A stretch of DNA of 64,000 nucleotides, taken from NCBI GenBank assembly GCA_946413245.1, contig CAMKJS010000005.1, positions 5,845-69,844 on the forward strand, in the 5' to 3' direction. Positions within the stretch are counted from its first letter, which is position 1, and every line of letters begins with the position of its first letter. This stretch comes from an uncultured Clostridia bacterium. Lineage in GTDB: Bacteria; Bacillota; Clostridia; Christensenellales; Aristaeellaceae. Below the pieces are notes generated by a model. The model saw only the letters and a list, made by a program, of their open reading frames with translations. It made no database searches and was not told where the DNA came from. Below are positions 50,128-59,885 of this stretch, piece after piece. The position numbers were made by a program, and so were the translations under genes.

Positions 50128-51909
50128 TCATTTTCTCGGTTCGTAGCGGAAGGTGACTTCCAGGGTTTTGATCCGGTTCATGGCCGGCAGGCCGCGGTCG
50201 AGGAGCGTGGCGCTGATGCCGGTCAGGTCGCCGAACAGAACCCGGGCGCCGCTTCTCGCGGCTTTCATGTCCACCCATTCGTTGTACAGGTTGGTGCGAG
50301 TGCATTTCCCGTCGTCGGAGCAGGTGTAGTTCCGGCCCTTCAGGGTGACCGGCTCTCCGTTGATTTTCAGCTCCGTGATCATGATGCAGTAGCCGGGGAA
50401 ATTCAGCTCGCCGTTGCTGATGCCGACGGCGCTGAAGGCGGTGTTGTTCGCGTATCCGGCCTCTGTTCCGGTGAAGTCCAGTGCCACCGTATAGGTGCCG
50501 GGGCCGGTGATCTGCACGTCGGTCGGTACGATCCCGGGCGTGACGGAGTCCGGCGTATAGACGTCGCCGACGCTGTAGCTCATGGCCCAGTCGCCGCCGC
50601 TGAACATGATCCAGGCCACGCAGCTTTCCGCGTCCGTGTTCAGCCCGTTTTCCACCAGGGAATCCGGAGCCGCCGCCACCGCCGCCTCCAGGGCAGCTTT
50701 GCCTGCCGCGGCGATCTCGCTGTAGTCCCTGCCGGCTTCGGAAGCCGCGTTCCGGCCCGCGTAGACGGCTGCCATTTCTTCTTCGACGATCTTCAGCTGC
50801 CTCCGGACGAAGAAGCCGCTGCAGTCCCACAGGCAGCTGGTGAAATCCAGCGCGTCGCAGCAGTTCAGGAATGCCTCGTGATAGGCCGGGGCGTTCTTTT
50901 TCATCACGCCGTCGCTGCCGGGCAGGGCGCCGTATTCGCCGATGACGACGCCGTAGCCGGCGGAGGTGAACTGCTTCATCCGGCTGAGCGTGGAATACAT
51001 TTCCTCAAAGTCTTTTTTCTTTCCCCAGAGGGTCGCCCCTTTCGCCGAGGAGGCGCCGCAGTAGCTCCAGGGGCCGTAATAGTGCACGGAAACCAGGAGC
51101 CTGCCTTCCGCGGTATCCTGCGGCATCCGGAAGCGGCTGTTCGCGGTATGGTCGATATCCGTGTTATATCCCGCGATCAGCAGAAACCGGTCCGCGTTGT
51201 TTCCGCCGGTGGCCCGGACCGTGTCCACGAAGGCCTGGTTGATCCGGTTGGTCAGGGCGTAGCGCTCGTCGTCCGTCAGGAGATGATCGATGGAGTCCCG
51301 GCAGTACAGCGGGGAATTCTGGTCGAGACTGCTTCCCAGCTCCTCGTTGGCGCTTTCCAGAATCACGCGCCAGTCGTACTTCCCGAACCGCTCCGCCAGC
51401 TGTTTCCACATGCCGGTATAGGCTTCCATGGCCAGCTCCCGGGTGGCTTCGGTATCGGAGCCGAACATGCCCCACCAGCCGCCGTCCCAGTGATCGTTGA
51501 TAATCACGAACATGCCGGCGTCCAGGGCATAGTTCACGATCTCCTCCACCCGGTCCATATACTTTTCGGAGATGGTGTAGTCCCCCTGATTCAGGTGCGC
51601 GGCGTTGGTCATCCAGGCCACGGGGATGCGGACGGTGTCAAAGCCGCATTCCTTCATGGCCCGCAGCATCTCCGGCGTGGTCACCGGCTGTCCCCAGTAC
51701 GTCTCATAGAAACGGGGGTCGCTGCTGACGTTGCCGCCCTTGGCACCGTTGTTGCATGCCTCCATGGTGTTTCCCAGGTTGATGCCGTTGCCCATCAGGC
51801 GGGTCATCTGCACCGCGTTCTCCGGCGCTTCCGGCGCTTCCGCGGCCGCGGCGCACGGCGCCGCGGGCAGCAGAAGCAGGATCGCGAGCAAAACAGTCAG
51901 TATTTTCAT
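50128..51909 (-). CDS. Secreted GH5 endoglucanase (GH5_4-like) with C-terminal beta-sandwich module
   Basis: GINLGNTME, WGQP, VRIPVAW, INDHWD, ESANEE (acid/base), VHYY, IGEYG (nucleophile), LWD. Confidence 0.92.
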   Translation of the reverse strand: MKILTVLLAILLLLPAAPCAAAAEAPEAPENAVQMTRLMGNGINLGNTMEACNNGAKGGNVSSDPRFYETYWGQPVTTPEMLRAMKECGFDTVRIPVAWMTNAAHLNQGDYTISEKYMDRVEEIVNYALDAGMFVIINDHWDGGWWGMFGSDTEATRELAMEAYTGMWKQLAERFGKYDWRVILESANEELGSSLDQNSPLYCRDSIDHLLTDDERYALTNRINQAFVDTVRATGGNNADRFLLIAGYNTDIDHTANSRFRMPQDTAEGRLLVSVHYYGPWSYCGASSAKGATLWGKKKDFEEMYSTLSRMKQFTSAGYGVVIGEYGALPGSDGVMKKNAPAYHEAFLNCCDALDFTSCLWDCSGFFVRRQLKIVEEEMAAVYAGRNAASEAGRDYSEIAAAGKAALEAAVAAAPDSLVENGLNTDAESCVAWIMFSGGDWAMSYSVGDVYTPDSVTPGIVPTDVQITGPGTYTVALDFTGTEAGYANNTAFSAVGISNGELNFPGYCIMITELKINGEPVTLKGRNYTCSDDGKCTRTNLYNEWVDMKAARSGARVLFGDLTGISATLLDRGLPAMNRIKTLEVTFRYEPRK

Positions 51910-51940
51910 AGCATGTTTCTCCGGTTTCGGCCTCTCCGCG

Positions 51941-53692
51941 TTATTTGGCAGCCTGCGCCTGCTGGGCGGCCCAGCACAGGGCGGCCTGTTCCTCGCACCA
52001 CTTGACGCAGTCGGCGTAACCGTAGCTGTTTGCCTGCTGGATCATGGTCTTCAGGTGGAACTCGAACTCGCCGTCGTTCTTGGCATAAATCGCGCGCCAG
52101 GAGCCGGTCTTCACCGCTGTCTGGATCTGGCTCCACTTCTTGTCCAGGTCGCCGTCCCGCACCGCCGGGGCGTAGGTTCCCTTGTCCAGCATGACCTTGT
52201 AGGGATGGTTCTCCAGATACTGCTGGGTATCCGCGGCGCCGGCCCAGTCGCACCAGGCTTTCTGGATGGGCTTCAGGTCCGCGCTCAGCACGCTGACCCA
52301 GCCGGTCTTGTCCAGGGTTTCCTGTACCTTGGCGTCCGGGTTCAGCTGGCTGGAGGTCAGGGTCGTGTTGTTGATCTGCAGCGCGCCGTCGTTGTAGGTA
52401 CCGCTCTGGGGGTATTCCGTCCCGGTGCGGGGGCCGACGACGACGGTGCCGGACATGTCATAGGCCGGATCGGCGTTCGTATGCTGCCCCAGCTCCGTGA
52501 AATAGGCGCCGCCTTCCTCGTTGTAATCCCAGGTGAGACCCTTCGGGCCGTACCACATGGTCATGCTGCCTTCGGGCGTCGCCAGCCAGTTGATCACAGC
52601 CAGACACAGTTCCGGGTACTCCGCGTCAGCGCCGATGGTCCAGATGCGGTTTCCGCCGGTCAGGGACAGGCCGTAGGAGATGGGCGTCGCTTCCTCGGGG
52701 ACGAAGGTATACATGTATTTGCCCTGGTCCAGGTGCTCGGTGGTGTTGAAAATCGCGGAACCCGCGTAGTTGAAGATGGACCAGAAGGTGCCGCCGGCCT
52801 TCACCTTTTCACCCATGGTGGAGTACACCTGGCTGGCGGAGTTCGGATCCAGCAGGCCCAGGCGGTACAGCTTGTTGAAGAACCGCAGCATCTCGATATA
52901 CATGCCGTCCTCCTGCAGGCAGCCCTGGAACTCGCCGGTCTCGGTGCTGATGAGACCCAGCTCAAACTCGTCCCAGCCGTAATAGGCGGTAGCCAGGGAC
53001 TTGACGTACATGACCATGTTGCCGTCCCAGTCCGGCCAGATGGAGATGGCGTAGGTTTCGTTGCCGTTCTCGTCCGTGGGGCAGATCTCCTTCATTTTCA
53101 CGAACAGATCCGCCAGCTCGTCCAGATTTTTCACGGCCGGGCATCCCAGCTGCTGGTACAGATCCCAGCGGATATCCCAGGTGTAGAAGAAGTTCTCGTG
53201 GCTGCCCGCTTTCAGGGCCACGTTGTGGCCGAAGCCGTGGATTTTGCCGTCCGAATTCTTGGCCCGGTTGGCTTCCAGGGCGTTCTGGTAGTTTTCCCAG
53301 ATGTAGGGGGCGTATTCCTGGATCAGGCCGTCCTCTTCCCAGTCCAGGAGCATGCCCGCGTTCACGGCGGACTGATACTGATCCCCGTCGGAGCCCCAGA
53401 CGACGATGTCGCCCAGGTTGCCGCTTTCCATCCGGGTGGAATAGGTTCCGTCGGAGTCCGGGATAATGTTGATCTTCACGTTGTACTTGTCCAGCAGCAG
53501 GTCCGCGCTCCAGTGGCCCTGCAGGCCGGAATAGTTGGCCAGCTGGCTGTAAACGTTGATGGTGATCGGTTCGCCGTCATAGATGCCGATCTCCTCCAGC
53601 CGCGCGTACGCCTCGTCCTCCGCGTCGGCGAAAGCACCCGCAACGGTTGCCGCCAGCACCAGGGCCAGCAGGATAGCCAGAATCTTTTTCAT
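51941..53692 (-). CDS. Carbohydrate ABC transporter solute-binding protein
   Basis: AGGAGG RBS; signal peptide ending in AFA; IRWDLY..LG.P; INWLATPEG....YGP.G. Confidence 0.88.
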   Translation of the reverse strand: MKKILAILLALVLAATVAGAFADAEDEAYARLEEIGIYDGEPITINVYSQLANYSGLQGHWSADLLLDKYNVKINIIPDSDGTYSTRMESGNLGDIVVWGSDGDQYQSAVNAGMLLDWEEDGLIQEYAPYIWENYQNALEANRAKNSDGKIHGFGHNVALKAGSHENFFYTWDIRWDLYQQLGCPAVKNLDELADLFVKMKEICPTDENGNETYAISIWPDWDGNMVMYVKSLATAYYGWDEFELGLISTETGEFQGCLQEDGMYIEMLRFFNKLYRLGLLDPNSASQVYSTMGEKVKAGGTFWSIFNYAGSAIFNTTEHLDQGKYMYTFVPEEATPISYGLSLTGGNRIWTIGADAEYPELCLAVINWLATPEGSMTMWYGPKGLTWDYNEEGGAYFTELGQHTNADPAYDMSGTVVVGPRTGTEYPQSGTYNDGALQINNTTLTSSQLNPDAKVQETLDKTGWVSVLSADLKPIQKAWCDWAGAADTQQYLENHPYKVMLDKGTYAPAVRDGDLDKKWSQIQTAVKTGSWRAIYAKNDGEFEFHLKTMIQQANSYGYADCVKWCEEQAALCWAAQQAQAAK

Positions 53693-53747
53693 TGCAACTC
53701 CTCCTGTCAAAATGAATGGTTTTTTATCTTGGAGTGGCGAAAGGATT

Positions 53748-54704
53748 TCATCCTTTCACCGCTCCAAGCATGATGCCTTTTACAAAGTACCGCTGCATGA
53801 ACGGGTAAACCAGCAGGATCGGGATGATCGATACCATGGAGACCGTGTACTGGATGACACGCTGGTTCAGCATGCTGGCCGCGGCCTGCTCGCTGACCGT
53901 GCCGCCCTGGCTCATCATTGCCCCGAGGTTGCTGGAAGAGTTCAGGTAAATATACAGGCGGTGCTGCAGCGTGTAGAGATCCGGGCGGTTGTTCATCAGC
54001 AGCAGGGAATCCTGGAAGGAGTTCCAGTTGCCGACGGCCCCGAAGATCGCGATGGTGGCCAGGATCGGCACGGACAGGGGCAGAATGATCTTCAGCCATA
54101 CCTTCAGCGTGCCGGCGCCGTCGATGACCGCGCTTTCCTCCAGGGATCCCGGAATGCTCTCGATGTACGTCTTCACCAGGATGATGTTATAGGGCGCCAC
54201 CATGCCCGGAATGATATAGGCCAGGAAGTTGTCCGTCAGTCCCATCATCAGCATGTTCATATACCACGGGACCAGGCCGGCGTTGAAGTACATGGTGATC
54301 ACCAGGAAACGGTACCAGAAGGAGCGCTTCCACATCTTCTGCTTGGTTACCAGGTAGCCTGCCCAGGCGCTGGTCACGACCATCAGCGCGGTGCCGAGCA
54401 GGGTTCTCGCCACCGTCACCAGGATGCTGGACCCCAGGTCCTGCACGTTCCGCAGCGCCAGATAATTGTTGATCTGGACGCCGAAGACCGCATCCCCGGC
54501 CGCGTTTTTCAGCATGGGGAAGAAGTTCACCCGTCCGCTGGTAACCAGGTCATTGTCCGAGATGGTGTTGATCAGCAGATAGTAGAACGGGAAGATACAG
54601 ATGAACGTGAACGCCAGGAACAGAACGATCACGCAGGTGTCGAACACGCGGTCCCCCGCGGTGCGGCGGATATGCATGGCGGGCTGTGTCTCTTTTTTGC
54701 TCAT
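53748..54704 (-). CDS. Carbohydrate ABC transporter permease
   Basis: SLEESAVIDGA; YPFMQRYFVKGIMLGAVKG. Confidence 0.92.
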   Translation of the reverse strand: MSKKETQPAMHIRRTAGDRVFDTCVIVLFLAFTFICIFPFYYLLINTISDNDLVTSGRVNFFPMLKNAAGDAVFGVQINNYLALRNVQDLGSSILVTVARTLLGTALMVVTSAWAGYLVTKQKMWKRSFWYRFLVITMYFNAGLVPWYMNMLMMGLTDNFLAYIIPGMVAPYNIILVKTYIESIPGSLEESAVIDGAGTLKVWLKIILPLSVPILATIAIFGAVGNWNSFQDSLLLMNNRPDLYTLQHRLYIYLNSSSNLGAMMSQGGTVSEQAAASMLNQRVIQYTVSMVSIIPILLVYPFMQRYFVKGIMLGAVKG

Positions 54705-54720
54705 TTTCCACACCTCCCCG

Positions 54721-56211
54721 TCATATGATGCTTTCGCCGCGAACGGCTTTCGAGATGCCGTTGGCGCTGAACAGCAGGGTCACGCCGATGAGGGACTTGG
54801 AGATGCCGACCACCGTGGACAGCGGGATCTGGTTCTGGCCGATACCGATATGGTACACATACAGGTCCAGCACTTCGATGACGTCCTTGTTCATGGCGTT
54901 CTCGAAAACCAGGTACTGTTCCATCCCGTTGGACAGGATGCCCGCGATGCTCATCAGCAGCATGACCATGTAGGTCGGAATCAGGCCGGGAATGGTGATG
55001 TGCCAGATGCAGCGGAACCGGTTCGCTCCGTCCACCCTGGCCGCCTCATACAGCTGCTGGTCGATGCCGGCGATGCCGGCGATGTAGATGATGGCGCTCC
55101 AGCCGACGCCCTTCCAGGTACCCCAGAGGAGCATCTTCAGCCAGGTATGGTCCGCGATCTGGAGGTAGTTCGTGTTCGCGCCGGTCCGGTGCAGCACGTT
55201 GGTCAGGAAGCTGTTGATGAAGCCGTCCGTGGAGAAAATGCAGATCGCGATCGCGTACACAAGCACCCAGGAGATGAAGTTCGGGATCGTGGTCAGGGTC
55301 TGGATCGTCCGCTGGAATTTGGTGGAGCGGATCTCCGCCAGCAGCACCGCGAAGGCGATCGGCAGCCAGGAGGTCGCGATGCCCAGGCCGGACATGATCA
55401 GGGTGTTGCGCAGCACGCGGCCCAGATCGTTCATGGTGGCGGGATCGTTGAACAGGGAACCGAACCACTTCAGGCCGACGTAATTCTCCGGCCCGATGGC
55501 TCCGCCGGGCTTGTAGTCGAAGAAGGCGAACCGCCATCCCCAGATCGGCAGATAAGCGAAAATGAACGAGAGAATGATGACCGGAAGCATCATCAGGAAG
55601 AGCCTGTACTTCTCCTCCATCTCCATTTTCACCGCGGGATCCTTTTCCGGGCGGGTGGTCAGGAACGCGATCAGCCCGGTGACGAACAGGAGCCCCGCGA
55701 AAACGCAGAACACCGTAAATCCGTCCGGCAGCATGATTTTGATCGTGTCCAGCTTGCCGACTTCCTCGCCGTGGGCGGTCATGTTCTGATAGGCTTTATG
55801 GATCAGCAGCAGCCCGGCTCCCGCCACGGGGGCGCCGGCGATGGGAAGGATCAGGCCGGTCTTCCGCATTTTGCGGTTGCCCAGGCTCATGCAGGCGCCG
55901 GCGGCGCAGGCGAGCACGCCGACCATGGTTACGACGCAGGCGATCATCAGCAGGGTGATATCCTGATCCTGAATCCACTGGGACCGCAGGATCCGGCCCA
56001 TGCTGTTGGTGATGGTGTCGCGGCTGATGCCGGTGGTAAAAAGGCTGGCGGCGCTGTTGATTTTCTCGCTGATCCGGCCGGGATTGACCGGGGGAAAGAA
56101 AATGGCCATGCCCGCCGCCAGCGCTGTGAGGCGGAAAAGCCACAGCGGCGCTTTCAGCCCGGCGGATTGCCTTTCTGCCGCCGGGATGCCGGCTTTCGCG
56201 GTTCCTTGCAT
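54721..56211 (-). CDS. LplB-like ABC permease with an N-terminal membrane extension of about 190 aa
   Basis: PNFISWV and IDQQLYEAARVDGA in the C-terminal ~300 aa; about four extra TM segments at the N-terminus. Confidence 0.88.
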   Translation of the reverse strand: MQGTAKAGIPAAERQSAGLKAPLWLFRLTALAAGMAIFFPPVNPGRISEKINSAASLFTTGISRDTITNSMGRILRSQWIQDQDITLLMIACVVTMVGVLACAAGACMSLGNRKMRKTGLILPIAGAPVAGAGLLLIHKAYQNMTAHGEEVGKLDTIKIMLPDGFTVFCVFAGLLFVTGLIAFLTTRPEKDPAVKMEMEEKYRLFLMMLPVIILSFIFAYLPIWGWRFAFFDYKPGGAIGPENYVGLKWFGSLFNDPATMNDLGRVLRNTLIMSGLGIATSWLPIAFAVLLAEIRSTKFQRTIQTLTTIPNFISWVLVYAIAICIFSTDGFINSFLTNVLHRTGANTNYLQIADHTWLKMLLWGTWKGVGWSAIIYIAGIAGIDQQLYEAARVDGANRFRCIWHITIPGLIPTYMVMLLMSIAGILSNGMEQYLVFENAMNKDVIEVLDLYVYHIGIGQNQIPLSTVVGISKSLIGVTLLFSANGISKAVRGESII

Positions 56212-56339
56212 ATCGGTTCAGTCACTCCTTGCCAGTTATACTCATCAGTGCATTCCATGGATGCCCGATGATCAGGGGGAAGAAGCGGCGGCGCCTCTCC
56301 GTTCGCCGGATCGGGCGCCGCCGCGTGGGTTTTCCGGGA

Positions 56340-58349
56340 TCAGTCGGTCAGGCCGGTCACGGTGAAGGTGACGGTGATCGTGGAGTTGGGGCCGGGCACG
56401 GTGTAGCCGAAGGGCGCGTCGCCGCGGTTATACTCGTCGATCAGGATAATCCGGGCATAGGTGCCGGAGACGTCCACGTCGGTGTAGCTCTGGGTCGCCG
56501 CGTCGCCGATTTTCACCTGGACGTTCTCGATCTTGAGGTATTCCTGCTTCACCAGGCTGGAGGGAATCTCCGTGCTGACGAACAGCATGCGGAAGGTCTC
56601 GTCCGAGCCGAAGCCCATTTCGCCGGTGGTCAGGGAGACGGTGTAGGTGCCGTCTTTGGTCAGCAGCGCGTCCTCAAAGGTGCCGCCGTAGTTGACCTTG
56701 TTGTTGTCCGCGTCCCAGCCGGTCAGCTGGCCGAAGCACTCGGGGTTGTCCTGGGAATCGCGGCCGTAGCTGGCTTCGTCCCAGGTGTTGCGGAAGATGT
56801 AGCTGGTGGTCTGCACGCCGATGTAGGCATTGTAGTCGACCTTCAGCAGTTCGGCCGCTTCCTCGTCGGTCAGGGGCGCGCCGTCGTCCTGGGCGACAGG
56901 CTTGCCGTAAATGTAGTCGAAGGTGACTTCCACGGTCTCCACGGAGGCGAAGGCTTCCTTGTCCACGATGATGGGGGAGGCGCCTTCCAGCGTTCCGTCC
57001 GCGCGGCGGGCGTCGGCGGGCAGCTCGGCGACCCATTCGTTATAGATGTTCTCCCGGGTGCAGACGCCGTCGTCGGAGGATGTGTAGCCGATGCCAAAGT
57101 CGATGCTCTCGCCGTTGATCTTGATGTCGGTGATGTCGATGAAGTAGCCGCCGAAGGTCTTTTCACCGGTGGCGATTCCCACGGCAGCGAAAGCCAGGCC
57201 TTCCGCGGGCTCCGTGAATTGCAGGCCTACGGTGTAGCTGCCCTGTCCGGTCACGACGGCGACGGTGGGGGCGACGCCTTCGGCAGGTTCGCTGCCCCAG
57301 AACTGCTTGGCCCAGGCCGCGTCCGCGTACATCAGGTAAGCGATATCGGTCACGGGAATCAGCGTGAAGTTCACTTCCACCTTGCTCACGGAGGCGAAGG
57401 CTTCCTTGTCCACGACGATGGGGGAGGCGTCTTCGGTGGTGCCGTCGTAGGAACGGGCGTCGGCGGGCAGCTCGGCGACCCATTCGTTGTAGAGATTCAT
57501 GCGGGTGGTGATGCCGTCGTCGGAGGAAGTGTAGCCCTTCTTCACTTCGATGGCTTCGCCGTTCACGCGGATCTCGTTCACTTTGATATACGCGCCGGGA
57601 TAGGTCTTTTCGCCGTTCACGATGCCGACGGCGGCGAAGGCCAGACCTTCCGCCGGTTCCGCGAATTCGAGGCCGACGGTGTAGTTGCCGAAGTCGTCGA
57701 TCACAGCGTTGATGGGGGTCACGCCTTCAGGGGCGTCGCCGCTCCAGTACTGCTTGGCCCAGGCGGCGTCCGCGTACATCAGGTAGGCGGTGTCCACGCC
57801 GAACTGGCGCAGCACGAAGTCCACTTCCACCTTGCTCACGGAGGCGAAAGCTTCCTTGTCCACGACGATGGGGGAGGCGTCGTCGGTCTTTCCGTCAAAG
57901 GAGCGGGCGTCGGCGGGCAGCTCAGATACCCATTCGTTGTAGAGGTTCATGCGGGTGGTGATGCCGTCGTCGGAGGAGGTGTAGCCCTTCTTTACTTCGA
58001 TGGCTTCGCCGTTGACGCGGATCTCCTTCAGCTCGATGGTGTAGTTCGGGAAGGCGATCTCGCCTCCGTCGATGCCGATGGCGGCGAAGGCCAGGCCTTC
58101 CGCCGGTTCCGCGAACTCCAGGCCGACGGTGTATGCGCCGGGGCCGGTGATGCTCACGCTGATGGGGGTTACGCCCTCCTGGGCTTCGTTCCAGTACTGC
58201 TTGGCCCAGGCAGCGTCGGCATACATCAGATAGCCGGTCATCCCGCCTTCGACGGGTTCGGTGCCCTCAGCCGCGGAAAAGCTTACGCAGCCGAACACCA
58301 GGGTCAGCGCGGTTACCAGCGCCAGGATGGTGGACAGGGTCTTCTTCAT
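56340..58349 (-). CDS. Secreted non-catalytic protein with three 149-aa repeats and a fourth related module (putative multi-CBM)
   Basis: Signal peptide; YLMYADAAWAKQ recurs with an exact 447-bp period; no GH catalytic motif seen. Confidence 0.85.
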   Translation of the reverse strand: MKKTLSTILALVTALTLVFGCVSFSAAEGTEPVEGGMTGYLMYADAAWAKQYWNEAQEGVTPISVSITGPGAYTVGLEFAEPAEGLAFAAIGIDGGEIAFPNYTIELKEIRVNGEAIEVKKGYTSSDDGITTRMNLYNEWVSELPADARSFDGKTDDASPIVVDKEAFASVSKVEVDFVLRQFGVDTAYLMYADAAWAKQYWSGDAPEGVTPINAVIDDFGNYTVGLEFAEPAEGLAFAAVGIVNGEKTYPGAYIKVNEIRVNGEAIEVKKGYTSSDDGITTRMNLYNEWVAELPADARSYDGTTEDASPIVVDKEAFASVSKVEVNFTLIPVTDIAYLMYADAAWAKQFWGSEPAEGVAPTVAVVTGQGSYTVGLQFTEPAEGLAFAAVGIATGEKTFGGYFIDITDIKINGESIDFGIGYTSSDDGVCTRENIYNEWVAELPADARRADGTLEGASPIIVDKEAFASVETVEVTFDYIYGKPVAQDDGAPLTDEEAAELLKVDYNAYIGVQTTSYIFRNTWDEASYGRDSQDNPECFGQLTGWDADNNKVNYGGTFEDALLTKDGTYTVSLTTGEMGFGSDETFRMLFVSTEIPSSLVKQEYLKIENVQVKIGDAATQSYTDVDVSGTYARIILIDEYNRGDAPFGYTVPGPNSTITVTFTVTGLTD
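56901..58241 (-). repeat. Three intragenic tandem 447-bp repeats
   Basis: tacatcag anchor at 57328, 57775 and 58222. Confidence 0.92.
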
Positions 58350-58383
58350 GGTTTTGCCTCCTTAAAATAATATTGGTTGCTGT

Positions 58384-59406
58384 TTATCCCTTCCGCCTTT
58401 CGGCGGGAAGTTCCTGAACGGTTTCGCCCGGGATCAGCGTGCCCTCCACGATGATGTGGCGGGGCTTGTGTTCCCCGGGCTGCCCGGCTGCCTCCAGCAG
58501 AAGCCCTACGGTTTCCCGGGCGATCTTTTCCGTATCCTGGCGGTAGGTGGTCAGGCGGGGACGGACCATCTGCCCGACGGTGATGCCGTCATAGCCGATA
58601 AGACTGAGATCTTCGGGCACGCGGATGCCGTCCTCCGCCAGGAGGGAAACGGCGCCCAGGCAGCTGAAATCGTCGGGGCAGAGCACGCAGGTCGGCCTGT
58701 CCTCCTCCGCCAGCAGCTCCCGGAGAATCCGCGCGCAGGTCTCCGGCTCGTGGAAGCTGCCCTCGCGCACGTCGCTCTCCGTCACGCAGATGCCGAGCTC
58801 GGCGCAGACCTTGTAGTATCCCGCCAGCCTCTCCCGCCCCACGGCGCCCTGCTGCCCGGATATGAAAGCGATCCGCCTGTGCCCCAGGGAGAAGGCGTAC
58901 CGCACCAGCTGTTCCACGCTGGCGCGGTTGTCGCTGCCCACGCAGTCGCAGCCGCTGTACATATGGTCGATGATGACCGCGGGGATGGCGCTGGTGGCCA
59001 GGCGGATGACGCCGGCGGAGTCAAAATCCGCCTGGATCACGATGACGCCGTCCAGATTCCTTTTCCGGGCGTGCTCGTAATAATGCCCGGCGTCGCCGGA
59101 ATCGTCCCGGCTGATGATGGTCAGGTCGTAGCCCCGGTTTTCCGCCTCCCGCCGCAGGGCGGTCAGCAGGGAACTGAAATATTCATGGTCCAGGCGGTCT
59201 TCGTACAGAATGCCGATGTTGCTGGAGCGGCTGGTTTTCAGGGTCCTGGCGGCGGCGTTGGGATAATATCCCATCTCCTTGGCCGTGCGGCAGATGAGCT
59301 CCGCCTGCTCCTTGCTGATGCACGGGATGCCGTTCAGCGCCCGGCTCACCGTCGCCGGGGAAACGCCGCATGCCCTGGCAATATCCTTTAACCGAACCAT
59401 CTTCAT
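58384..59406 (-). CDS. LacI-family repressor
   Basis: LKDIARACGVSPATVSRALN...YYPNAAARTL; VPEDLSLIGYD; PRLTT. Confidence 0.94.
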   Translation of the reverse strand: MKMVRLKDIARACGVSPATVSRALNGIPCISKEQAELICRTAKEMGYYPNAAARTLKTSRSSNIGILYEDRLDHEYFSSLLTALRREAENRGYDLTIISRDDSGDAGHYYEHARKRNLDGVIVIQADFDSAGVIRLATSAIPAVIIDHMYSGCDCVGSDNRASVEQLVRYAFSLGHRRIAFISGQQGAVGRERLAGYYKVCAELGICVTESDVREGSFHEPETCARILRELLAEEDRPTCVLCPDDFSCLGAVSLLAEDGIRVPEDLSLIGYDGITVGQMVRPRLTTYRQDTEKIARETVGLLLEAAGQPGEHKPRHIIVEGTLIPGETVQELPAERRKG

Positions 59407-59435
59407 CGCCTCTGGAATCCGTCTTGCCTGTATAG

Positions 59436-59455
59436 TTACGCAAACGATTGCGTAA
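59436..59455. promoter_or_regulatory. LacI-type operator
   Basis: ttacgcaa-acga-ttgcgtaa palindrome with central CG; the core GCAAACGATTGC recurs at 59575-59586. Confidence 0.78.
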
Positions 59456-59885
59456 AGATAGTAACGCAATGAATGCAGAATGTCAACCCCCAAAAAAGAA
59501 AAAAACAGGCTGAAAACAGCGGGATGACAGCAAAGCCGGGAAGATTACGGGAGCAAGATGTGAGCAGCATGATTGCAAACGATTGCGAAATTTGCGTTGC
59601 GGACGGCCGGCAAACCGTCCGGCTACGCGGGAAACGCATCGGCGTACCTTCCGTCACGGACGGATACGTCTGAAAGGACCCGTCGAAGTGGGCCGGCGTA
59701 ATGTGAATCCGCGCTCCGGAATAATTGACGGCCACAGGGGACCATGATATAATTCTGCCCGGTGGAACAGGCACAGAAACAGGACAGGAAAACAAGAAAA
59801 TACACACAACCGAAGCACCGGAAACAGCCGGGGAAAAACCGTGAAAGAACCGTAAGCGGACGACACGAAACAAGGAGGGAAACTC

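Noticed and set aside
56901-58241. Diversity-generating retroelement or shufflon behind the 447-bp repeats
   Set aside because: Repeats are in-frame tandem domains, and no reverse transcriptase or recombinase is in the window
26651-58370. Other long antisense ORFs (26651..28558, 30704..32377, 32235..33722, 47874..49823, 51731..53773, 54601..56271, 56229..58370)
   Set aside because: Each lies opposite a well-supported gene and has no recognisable motifs
59590-59700. c-di-GMP-I riboswitch suggested by ggcaaacc
   Set aside because: Lacks the GAAA-loop P2 stem and the following GCAAAGC consensus
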